This document shows positions 17,757-25,902 of a stretch of 32,164 nt of DNA, piece by piece. The translations under genes and the position numbers were made by a program. Origin of the DNA: Trueperella sp. (GTDB lineage: Bacteria > Actinomycetota > Actinomycetes > Actinomycetales > Actinomycetaceae); NCBI GenBank assembly GCA_043426715.1, contig JBHWRK010000003.1:1-32164 (forward strand), read 5' to 3'. Position 1 is the first letter of the stretch. Each line of letters starts with the position of its first letter. The notes beneath the pieces are model-generated. The model saw only the letters and a list, made by a program, of their open reading frames with translations, was not told where the DNA came from and searched no databases.

Positions 17757-19913
17757 TTATCGGGTGGGGCCGTCCATATGCTTCACGCGAGAAGAAATTT
17801 CGACGTGGCGGCCGTGAACCATCGGGCGCTTCTGCGGGTTGCCGAGATAGCCGCACGTACGCTTGACGACGTCGCAGGTTGCGGGATCGTTGTTGCCGCA
17901 ATCGGGGCACTCAAAGCCCTCGTCAGTGGCGGAGAATTCGCCTTCGAAATCGCATTCGTAGCACTTATCGATCGGGGTGTTCGTGCCAAGGTAGGCAACG
18001 CGATCGTACGCATAGTCCCACACGGCCTCCAGCGCCTTCGTGTTGTGCGTGAGCTTCGGGTACTCGCAGTAGTGGATGAAGCCGCCCTTGGTCAGCTCTG
18101 CGTAAGGTGCCTCGAAATCGATCTTTTCGAATGGCGTGATCTTCTTGCGCACATCGTAATGGAAGGAGTTCGTGTAGTAATCCTTGTCGGTCACGTGTTC
18201 GATCTCGCCAAACTTCTCGCGATCCAGGCGGTTGAAACGATCCGTCAGCGACTCTGATGGCGTGGCATACACCGAGAACCAGTAGGGGTACTCCTTCTTC
18301 CACTGGTCTGTGTAGCGGTTCATCGCACGCAGGATCTCAAACGTGAAGTCCTTCGCTTCCGCATCTTTCTCCCACTCGGGGCCGTAGAACATCGTGGCTG
18401 CTTCGTACAAGCCGATGTAGCCCACCGAGACGGTAGCGCGCTGGCCACGGAAAAACTTCTTGACGTCCGTCTCCTCGTCGGATGCTCGCTTGCCGAAGGC
18501 GCCGTACTTGTAGAGAATCGGGGCATTTGCAGGGGACGCATCCTCGCATCGATCGATCCGGAACAGGAGCGCTTCCTTCATGATCTCCATGCGCTCGTCG
18601 AACAGCTCCCAGAACATATCCATGTCGCCGCGCGCCTCGATCGCGATACGCGGGATGTTGAGGGTGACGACACCGAGGTTGTTGCGTCCGGCGTTGATGT
18701 TCTCGCCGGTTTCTGGATCCACCCACTTCGGGAGGAACGAACGGCAACCCATGGGTGTCTTGTAATCGCCCTCGATTTCGACGAGGCGATCGTAAGACAG
18801 GATGTCCGGATACATGCGCTTAGCGGAGCACTCGAGGGCGAGCTGTTTGATGTCGTAGTTCGGGTCGCTCGGCTCGAGGTTGACACCACGGCGTAGGCCG
18901 AAGACGAGCTTCGGGAAGATCGCAGTGTGCTTATCCTTGCCGATGCCGCCGATACGGACCTCGAGGATCGCCTTCTGGATCTCGCGCTCGAATACTCCTT
19001 CGCCGAGGCCGAAGCCGAGGGTGACGAACGGGGTTTGACCATTCGAGGTGTAGAGCGTGTTGATCTCATACTCGAGCGACTGCATCGCGTCGTAAATGTC
19101 CTTAACCGTCTTCGCCATCGCGTAGTCCTCACGACGGTCTTCGGCAACCCACTCTTCGGCGTCACGCATGTGCTTGTTGTAGTTCAGCTGGGCGAACGGA
19201 GCAAGGACCTCGTCGATTCGATCAACCGAGGTGCCGCCGTACTGTGAGGATGCAACGTTCGCGATGATCTGCGCTATCTGGGCGGACGCCGTGTTGATCG
19301 ACTTTGGCGATTCGACTCGGGCATTACCAATCTGGAAGCCGTCGCGGAGCATGCCAGGAATGTCGATGAGACAGCAGTTCGTCATCGGCTGGAACGGGTT
19401 GTAGTCAAGATCGTGAAAGTGGATGTCGCCCTTGATGTGTGCGTTGGCGACGGGCTTAGGAAGCATGTGCTTGAGCGCGTAGGCCTTAGCCACCGAGCCG
19501 GCCGTAAGATCGCGCTGGGTGTTGAAGACGGTGGCGTCCTTATTCGCGTTCTCATTGACAACGGACTTGTCGCGCGAGAGCAGCTTGCCCACTGAGTGCT
19601 GAACGTCCATCGCCTGCTCGCGAGCAACATCGCGATCATGGCGATACTCAATGTAGGCACGGGCGACCTCCGGGTACTTCGAGCCCATGAGGCAGTCCTC
19701 CACCGCGCGCTGGATCGCGGGGATGTCAAGATCTTCTTCGGGAAGATTGGCGACGACGGTCTTCGTGGCCTCCACTGCGAAATCGTGGTCTTCGATACCG
19801 CGGCTGTTGAGTGCCGCTTCGATCGCACGGTAAATCTTGGTGGCATCAAAGCGCACCGAACGTCCATCTCTCTTCAGAACCGAAATCTTCGTTGTGACGT
19901 CTAAGAGAGGCAT
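17757..19913 (-). CDS. nrdD: Class III anaerobic ribonucleoside-triphosphate reductase
   Basis: ATP-cone (VLKRDGRSVRFDATKI), ENANKD, IHFHDLD, NCC, QYGG, MGCRSF, YYTNSFH, CxxC...CxxC Zn site, and RTCGYLG glycyl-radical motif. Confidence 0.98.
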   Translation of the reverse strand: MPLLDVTTKISVLKRDGRSVRFDATKIYRAIEAALNSRGIEDHDFAVEATKTVVANLPEEDLDIPAIQRAVEDCLMGSKYPEVARAYIEYRHDRDVAREQAMDVQHSVGKLLSRDKSVVNENANKDATVFNTQRDLTAGSVAKAYALKHMLPKPVANAHIKGDIHFHDLDYNPFQPMTNCCLIDIPGMLRDGFQIGNARVESPKSINTASAQIAQIIANVASSQYGGTSVDRIDEVLAPFAQLNYNKHMRDAEEWVAEDRREDYAMAKTVKDIYDAMQSLEYEINTLYTSNGQTPFVTLGFGLGEGVFEREIQKAILEVRIGGIGKDKHTAIFPKLVFGLRRGVNLEPSDPNYDIKQLALECSAKRMYPDILSYDRLVEIEGDYKTPMGCRSFLPKWVDPETGENINAGRNNLGVVTLNIPRIAIEARGDMDMFWELFDERMEIMKEALLFRIDRCEDASPANAPILYKYGAFGKRASDEETDVKKFFRGQRATVSVGYIGLYEAATMFYGPEWEKDAEAKDFTFEILRAMNRYTDQWKKEYPYWFSVYATPSESLTDRFNRLDREKFGEIEHVTDKDYYTNSFHYDVRKKITPFEKIDFEAPYAELTKGGFIHYCEYPKLTHNTKALEAVWDYAYDRVAYLGTNTPIDKCYECDFEGEFSATDEGFECPDCGNNDPATCDVVKRTCGYLGNPQKRPMVHGRHVEISSRVKHMDGPTR

Positions 19914-20049
19914 GGACTTCCTTCTTCCCTCGTGGCTCCGCAGCGCACTGCACCTCGGAGAACCGCGATTATTTGCTGATCGGTGGTGAAATTCTGCGTG
20001 TTCAGGGCGATTTCACGGATATCTTGCTACTTTGGATAATTTCCGGAAA

Positions 20050-20096
20050 ACCCTAAATGTTGTGCGCTATTTTTTTTCGAACACTACATATAGTAG
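20050..20096. promoter_or_regulatory. Tandem NrdR boxes upstream of nrdD
   Basis: ACCCTAAATGTTGTGC (20050-20065) and ACACTACATATAGTAG (20081-20096) resemble the acaCwAtATaTwGtgt consensus. Their starts are 31 bp apart. Confidence 0.85.
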
Positions 20097-20285
20097 CGAA
20101 TTTTGACGTGCATGCCTACCATTACCGAAATGTGAACATCTGTCGCACACTCGTTTGGCAAGTTCTCGCCACAAACGCGCGCGCACTTAAAGAGCCCCGG
20201 CGTGTCGGATACGCATGGAACCTTCCTTCAAGGTTACGCCGTAACGTTGAGTCCTCGGGCTGCAGTGACGAGCCTAAATCTTGCC

Positions 20286-20975
20286 TTACACCGCTCCGGT
20301 GGCGGTGAGATAGGTCAGCACCGCGCGAACTCGGCGATTGTCCTCTCCCGGCGGCAAGCCAAGCTTCGTGAACACGTTCGAAACGTGCTTGGAAACGGCA
20401 GCTGCCGATAGAAACAAGATGTCCTGAATCTCGGCATTCGACTTGCCCTGAGCCATGAGCTCGAGTACCTCGCCCTCACGCGGGGTCAGAGCATCGAGAG
20501 CACTGCCCTTCCCGCGCACGAGTCCCGCGGCAACTTCGGGGTCGACCACCACGCCACCGCTCGCCACCACCTCAAGTGACCGCACGAAGTCCGCCACCCT
20601 CGAAACCCGTTCCTTCAACAAGTAACCAAGCCCGCCTCGCTCCGTGCCGGGCCGAGACATCGCGGAGGGATCAAACAGCGTTGACGCATACGCAGGCGCC
20701 ACGTATTGGCTAAGCACCATGACGTTGAGCTCGGGGAAATCTTGGCGCAACTCGACGGCCACGCGTAACCCGTCGTCGGTCATCGTGGGTGGCATGCGCA
20801 CATCCGTCACGAGCACATCCACTGCCTCGGGATCGTTGTGCTGGAGGGCGCGGACCTCCGCCAAAGTCGCGGGTGCATCTGATGTTTGCCCCACCACGTG
20901 GTGACCAACTCGTTCGAGAATTCCGGCCAAGCCTTCGCGCACCAGCACCGCATCATCTGCGAGGAAAATTTTCAC
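20286..20975 (-). CDS. NarL/LuxR family response regulator
   Basis: IFLADD...VTDVRMPP...VLSQY...GYLLKERV receiver domain and LTPREGEVLELMAQGKSNAEI HTH. The GTG start follows AAGGAG and overlaps the kinase stop (GTGA). Confidence 0.95.
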   Translation of the reverse strand: MKIFLADDAVLVREGLAGILERVGHHVVGQTSDAPATLAEVRALQHNDPEAVDVLVTDVRMPPTMTDDGLRVAVELRQDFPELNVMVLSQYVAPAYASTLFDPSAMSRPGTERGGLGYLLKERVSRVADFVRSLEVVASGGVVVDPEVAAGLVRGKGSALDALTPREGEVLELMAQGKSNAEIQDILFLSAAAVSKHVSNVFTKLGLPPGEDNRRVRAVLTYLTATGAV

Positions 20976-21745
20976 AACCGATCTCCTTGTGTGTGTGCAC
21001 AAACGCCGCTGCCAACGTCTGCGCCGATTGCGCTTTCGCCCCGGTGTAGCAGTAAGGGAATCGATCCCGCCACGGTAGTCGGCCCGCCGTCGGGCGAGTG
21101 AACCGAGAGCGTCCCACCGAAGGCTGCGAGCCGTTCCTTCAGACCGGCCAGTCCGCCACCCGGTTTCACAATCGCACCACCCGGCCCGTCATCAACAATG
21201 GAGACCTTGAGTGCTTCATCCGCCGCGAGCAACACCGTCGCCTTCGCGTCAGGCGCGTACTTTGCAATGTTCGTCAAGGATTCTGTCGCCAAGAAATAGG
21301 CAGCGGCCATAACTCCCTCGGGTAGCGCCGGAAGCGGGTTTGGAACGATGACCCGCGCATTTGCCGCCGACCTTTCAGCCGCGTCCCGAATCGCACGCTC
21401 TAAGCCGAGATCCGAGAGCACCTTGGGGTGGATCTGGTTCACAGTCTCACGCAACGTCTTAAGCGCAGTCTCGTTGGAACCCAGCGCGCGGGCGAGAACC
21501 TCGGGCAGGTCGGCGAGTGCCTCAGGCAACTCCCCTGCCATGTCCACGAGGAATACCGCCTCACCAATCGCCATGCCGGACGCCACGAGGTGTTGCTGCG
21601 CACCATCGTGGAGATCCCGCTCGATACGTCGCCGTTCAATTTCGAATGCTCGGACAATTTCAAGCCGGGACTCGGTAAGCTCCGAAATCTCCTTTGCGAC
21701 GTCTCGCTGTCTGCGCCATCTCATAGCGCCAGCATATCTGCGCAT
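20972..21745 (-). CDS. NarX/DesK-type (HisKA_3) histidine kinase lacking transmembrane and sensor domains
   Basis: H-box ERRRIERDLHDGAQQHL, N-box ESLTNIAKYA, D/G boxes IVDDGPGGA and GGGLAGLKER. Only about 30 residues precede the H-box. The start is either 21745 (GGGAGG RBS) or 21724. Confidence 0.9.
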   Translation of the reverse strand: MRRYAGAMRWRRQRDVAKEISELTESRLEIVRAFEIERRRIERDLHDGAQQHLVASGMAIGEAVFLVDMAGELPEALADLPEVLARALGSNETALKTLRETVNQIHPKVLSDLGLERAIRDAAERSAANARVIVPNPLPALPEGVMAAAYFLATESLTNIAKYAPDAKATVLLAADEALKVSIVDDGPGGAIVKPGGGLAGLKERLAAFGGTLSVHSPDGGPTTVAGSIPLLLHRGESAIGADVGSGVCAHTQGDRL

Positions 21746-21774
21746 GCTCGCCTCCCGAGCATAACCGCCGCAAT

Positions 21775-21814
21775 GGTAGAGCTAGCTCTACCCTAAACTG
21801 GGTATATAGCACCA
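21775..21814. promoter_or_regulatory. Candidate response-regulator binding site between the kinase and ABC genes
   Basis: Perfect 18-bp palindrome GGTAGAGCTAGCTCTACC (21775-21792) plus a related partial site TAGCACCA (21807-21814). Confidence 0.65.
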
Positions 21815-21850
21815 TTTCACCTGGCCGCCGTATCGACTTGGATAAGAAAC

Positions 21851-22600
21851 ATGAACACGCAAGCACTCCAGGCCACCGGCCTCGTTAAGACATATGGTTC
21901 CGTTCACGCCCTCGCTGGCGTCGATATCACAATCGGCGCGGGCGAGCTCGTCGCTATCATGGGTCCGTCCGGATCCGGCAAGTCCACTCTTCTTCACGTC
22001 CTGTCCGGAATTTTGCTTCCCGAGGCCGGAGAGGTTCGTCTTAACGACGACGACGTCGTGACTACTCTCAGGGATTCTGCCCGTTCCAAGCTGCGCCGCG
22101 AGCGCTTTGGTTTCATCTTCCAGGATGGTCAACTGGTTCCCGAGTTGACCGCCCGCGAGAACGTGGCGCTTCCACTCATGGCGAGTGGCACCTCGCGTGG
22201 TCGTGCGATGCGCGCGGCCGACGAGTGGCTCGTGCGCCTGGGTGTTGGCGAGCAGAAGAAGAAACGCCCGGGAGAAATGTCGGGCGGGCAGGCTCAGCGC
22301 GTGGCAATTGCCCGTGCGATGGTTGCCAATCCCTCGATCATATTTGCCGACGAGCCGACCGGCGCCCTCGATCAGGCCACGGGCCACGAGGTCATGCAAC
22401 TCCTGACGACCACCGCAAAGATGAATGGCACGACCCTCGTCGTGGTGACCCACGACCTCAAGGTCGCCTCCTGGTGTGATCGCCTCGTCGAGATCCGAGA
22501 CGGCCTCATCCACACTGACCGTCCGCTATCCGCCGTCATGAACTCGGCAGCAACCTCCCATCACGCCGAACCCACCCAAAACACGGAGGCCCTGCGATGA
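21851..22600 (+). CDS. ABC transporter ATP-binding protein (LolD/MacB-like)
   Basis: GPSGSGKST, MSGGQAQRVAIARA, FADEPTGALD, VVVTHD. Confidence 0.95.
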   Translation: MNTQALQATGLVKTYGSVHALAGVDITIGAGELVAIMGPSGSGKSTLLHVLSGILLPEAGEVRLNDDDVVTTLRDSARSKLRRERFGFIFQDGQLVPELTARENVALPLMASGTSRGRAMRAADEWLVRLGVGEQKKKRPGEMSGGQAQRVAIARAMVANPSIIFADEPTGALDQATGHEVMQLLTTTAKMNGTTLVVVTHDLKVASWCDRLVEIRDGLIHTDRPLSAVMNSAATSHHAEPTQNTEALR

Positions 22601-23988
22601 ACACTCTCACCATGGCTTCCAATCTCGCCGTTGCCCGCATCCGCAACGCGCGCGGCAACGCACTACTCGACGTGTTTGCAGTCCTCGCGTTCGCCGTCTC
22701 CTCCTGGCTACTTCTGACCACACTCGGTGGCGTGTGGATGTTCTTTAACCGCCGAGAATCGCTCTCTGAGCTCATCTTCGAGCACCTGGGTATCGGTTCC
22801 GACTTCACCGCGGGACTCGGTGATCTCTACTTCTCACTAGCCGTCATCGCGATTGGCCTCCTCATCATTCCTCTGCTCAGCCTCGGGTCGGCAGCCACAC
22901 GCCTCGGCGCCAACGGCCGCGCACGCCGGCTCGCATCGCTCCGCCTCGTCGGCATGAGTGCCACGCAGGTCAACCTCATGACCCTCGTCGAGACCGCTCT
23001 CCAGGCCCTCGCCGGGTTTGCGCTCGGCCTGACCGTCTACATCGCCTCACTGCCACTGTGGAGTCGCCTGAAGTTCACCGCCATCAACGTCCGCACGTCC
23101 GAGATGCTTCTGCCGTGGTGGGGTTTCCTCGGAGCCTTTGCACTCGTCTCCGTCATCACACTCGTCTCCACCGTCGTGGGTTTGCGCCGCGTGTCCATTT
23201 CTCCGCTTGGGGTCTCGCGCCGCGAAACGCCGGCCGCGCTCAAGTATTGGCGCATTCTTGGCCTTGTTGCCATGGTTCCGGTAGTTATCTACTTCATGCG
23301 CAACACGCACTTGAATTCCAACATCCAACAGTTCGCTGGCATCGCCGCCGCGTTCATCGGCCTGTTCCTGTCCGTATCGCTCGTTGGCCCGCTGTTTATC
23401 CAACTGGCAGCCCGCCCGCTTGCTCGAACCGGTAACGCCTCCCGTCTCCTCGGTGTTCGACGCGTGATCGACGAGCCCCGCGCCGCGTGGCGTAACATCT
23501 CAGCGGTTTCTCTTATGGCGCTCATCGCATCAATCGTCGTCTTCGGACTCCAAATGTCGATCGACGTAGAGGATCCGGCCGAATTCGATCTGATCACCAT
23601 CGTCGCCGCGGACATCGTCAAGGGCGTCACGATCGCACTAGGAATCGCACTCGTCCTCGGCGCAACCTCAACGCTCATCCAGCAGGCGTCCGACGTTTTT
23701 GACCGAGAGGACGAATCCGAAGCACTCATGAACATGGGGCTTGCGCGGTCTACGCTACTTAAGGCTCGCCTGTGGCAGGTCATGCCCCCGCTCGTCCTCA
23801 TGCTCACCGTGACGATCGGGCTCGGTGCTCTCCTTGGCCTGGGCGCAGGAACGACGCCGAATTCAGACAACCTCTGTCTGCTAGTCATTGTGTCCGTCAC
23901 GGGTATCGTCCTCACGCTTGGGGCAGTTCTGGCAACGGTCCCGATTCAGTCGGCTCTGCTCAAGGAAGCGACCCGCAAGAACGATTAA
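22597..23988 (+). CDS. FtsX-like ABC transporter permease
   Basis: About 10 hydrophobic segments with the RRLASLRLVGMS FtsX-type motif and a second degenerate copy (EALMNMGL). The start overlaps the ATPase stop (ATGA). Confidence 0.88.
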   Translation: MNTLTMASNLAVARIRNARGNALLDVFAVLAFAVSSWLLLTTLGGVWMFFNRRESLSELIFEHLGIGSDFTAGLGDLYFSLAVIAIGLLIIPLLSLGSAATRLGANGRARRLASLRLVGMSATQVNLMTLVETALQALAGFALGLTVYIASLPLWSRLKFTAINVRTSEMLLPWWGFLGAFALVSVITLVSTVVGLRRVSISPLGVSRRETPAALKYWRILGLVAMVPVVIYFMRNTHLNSNIQQFAGIAAAFIGLFLSVSLVGPLFIQLAARPLARTGNASRLLGVRRVIDEPRAAWRNISAVSLMALIASIVVFGLQMSIDVEDPAEFDLITIVAADIVKGVTIALGIALVLGATSTLIQQASDVFDREDESEALMNMGLARSTLLKARLWQVMPPLVLMLTVTIGLGALLGLGAGTTPNSDNLCLLVIVSVTGIVLTLGAVLATVPIQSALLKEATRKND

Positions 23989-24007
23989 GTCCCACTTCCT
24001 GCACGAA

Positions 24008-24042
24008 ATGAGGGCCAGTCACATTCCGTGACTGGCCCTCAT
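24008..24042. terminator. Bidirectional terminator hairpin between the permease and pfpI
   Basis: Perfect 15-bp stem ATGAGGGCCAGTCAC / GTGACTGGCCCTCAT with a 5-nt loop, between convergent genes. Confidence 0.85.
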
Positions 24043-24056
24043 CTCTTTGAGAGTTA

Positions 24057-24623
24057 TTACTTGTTCGCAGCTTCGATGAACGCCTCGATGATGCCCTTGT
24101 TAAAGGCATCCAGATCGCGTGGGCTACGGCTCGACAAGAGGTTGCCATCCCGATGGAACTCTTGATCCACCCACGTGGCACCCGCATTCTTCAGGTCGGT
24201 CCTGATACGCGGCGTCGACGTCATAGTCCTGCCTTCGACGTCGCCCGTTTCCACGAGAATCCATGCACCGTGGCAAATTGGCGCCACCGGCTTTCCGGCT
24301 TCCATGAAGGCGTGCACGAACTTCTGCGACGCTTCGTCGTCGCGAATCTTGTCCGAGTTCAGCGTTCCGCCGGGGAGCACGAGTCCGAGATAGTCGTCCG
24401 CGTTGGCGTCTTTTGCAACGACGTCGACGTCGTACGTGCCGCTATGGTCCCAATCGCCGACCATCGCAGTAATCGTCCCAGGCTCATTCGAGACGAGCAC
24501 GGGCTCTCCGCCTGCGGCCTCGACGGCCTTCCACGGCTCTGTTAGTTCGGGTTCCTCCACGCCACGGCGTGCGAGGAATGCAATCTTGTGGCCCTTCAAT
24601 TCGTTTCCGGTGTACTCACTCAT
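24057..24623 (-). CDS. DJ-1/PfpI family protein (YhbO-like type 1 glutamine amidotransferase domain)
   Basis: GVEEPEL, LVLPGG, nucleophile elbow APICHGAW, SSRSPRDLDAF. AAAGGAG RBS. Confidence 0.93.
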   Translation of the reverse strand: MSEYTGNELKGHKIAFLARRGVEEPELTEPWKAVEAAGGEPVLVSNEPGTITAMVGDWDHSGTYDVDVVAKDANADDYLGLVLPGGTLNSDKIRDDEASQKFVHAFMEAGKPVAPICHGAWILVETGDVEGRTMTSTPRIRTDLKNAGATWVDQEFHRDGNLLSSRSPRDLDAFNKGIIEAFIEAANK

Positions 24624-24728
24624 GAGTTCTCCTTTCGGTTGGCACGTTCCTTCTCTTTCTATCGACCATGTGCGGCCAAACTCAACGATTTCACCGGTGC
24701 GCGATATCGGACATACTAGGTTAGAGAC

Positions 24729-25127
24729 ATGAAGATCACGCCCTCAGACCCGTGTCCCTGCGGCGGCCCAACGATTGCCCAATGTTGTGGCCCCTACCTC
24801 GCGGCAGCCAAACTTCCGCCCACGGCCGAGGCCACGATGCGCTCGCGTTACAGCGCATTCGTCACGGACAATGCAGATCACCTGTTCCGCACCTGGCATG
24901 CCCGCACTCGCCCACACGGCGATATCGCCACCGGTTACGGGTGGATGGGACTCGAGATTCTTGACGTCGTGGATGGGACGCAAGACGACCAAACCGGCGT
25001 CGTTGAATTCATTGCAAAGAACATCCACGGGGACATTCACGAACGTTCTCGGTTCGAAAGGCGAGCGGGGCGCTGGATGTACGTCGACGCACAAGAGCTA
25101 GCTGATGAGGAGAGTGCGGCGGAGTAA
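24729..25127 (+). CDS. YchJ family SEC-C motif protein (UPF0225)
   Basis: CPCGG...CC, PTAEATMRSRYSAF, TWH, GVVEF, ERSRF...WMYVD. Confidence 0.92.
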   Translation: MKITPSDPCPCGGPTIAQCCGPYLAAAKLPPTAEATMRSRYSAFVTDNADHLFRTWHARTRPHGDIATGYGWMGLEILDVVDGTQDDQTGVVEFIAKNIHGDIHERSRFERRAGRWMYVDAQELADEESAAE

Positions 25128-25171
25128 GAACGAGTGTCCCCGCGGGAGTGATACGAGTGAAAGGATGAAGC

Positions 25172-25900
25172 ATGGCACGAATTACTCGACACGATGGCAC
25201 GCCGCTACGAGTTCTCGTCGTTGATGACGAGAAGTCGTTGGCCGACCTGCTCGCCGCCGCACTGCGCTACGAAGACTGGGATATCTCCACCGCACATGAC
25301 GGCTCGACCGCCTTACAGCTCGCCAAAGAGACCGATCCCGACGTGGTGGTCCTCGACATCATGCTCCCAGACCTCGACGGCTTCGCCGTGCTCAAACGTT
25401 TGCGGCGCGACGTGGGCGATGTGCCCGTCCTTTTCCTCACCGCCAAGGATTCCATAGAGGATCGCGTGGCTGGCCTCATGGCCGGCGGCGATGACTACGT
25501 AACAAAGCCCTTCGCGCTCGACGAGGTGGTCGCCCGCATCACGGCTCTCGCGCGGCGTGCAGGAGTGGCAGCAAAAGAGGAGCCGGATGCCGAGATCGTC
25601 GTGGGCGATCTGATTCTCAATGAAGATTCACACGAAGTGTGGCGCGGTGGCGAGTCAATTCATCTGTCTGCCACCGAATTCTTACTTCTGCGTTACCTCA
25701 TGATCAACGCGGGCAAAGTGATGTCGAAAGATCAGATCCTTGACCACGTGTGGGATTTCGACTTCGGCGGCAACTCGAACATCGTAGAGCTCTACATTTC
25801 TTATCTCCGCAAGAAGATCGACCGTGGCCGGAAGTCCATGATCCACACCGTCCGCGGGGTGGGGTACATGCTGCGGGCGGAGAACGAGGGCGGGTCGTAA
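25172..25900 (+). CDS. OmpR/PhoB family response regulator (TcrX/TrcR-like)
   Basis: VLVVDDE, LDIMLP, FLTAKD, GGDDYVTKPF, and winged helix NIVELYISYLRKKID...IHTVRGVGY. Confidence 0.95.
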   Translation: MARITRHDGTPLRVLVVDDEKSLADLLAAALRYEDWDISTAHDGSTALQLAKETDPDVVVLDIMLPDLDGFAVLKRLRRDVGDVPVLFLTAKDSIEDRVAGLMAGGDDYVTKPFALDEVVARITALARRAGVAAKEEPDAEIVVGDLILNEDSHEVWRGGESIHLSATEFLLLRYLMINAGKVMSKDQILDHVWDFDFGGNSNIVELYISYLRKKIDRGRKSMIHTVRGVGYMLRAENEGGS

Positions 25901-25902
25901 GG

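Noticed and set aside
17757..19913. Intein or group I intron in nrdD (a known insertion hotspot)
   Set aside because: The ORF is continuous, of normal length (718 aa), with all motifs in order.
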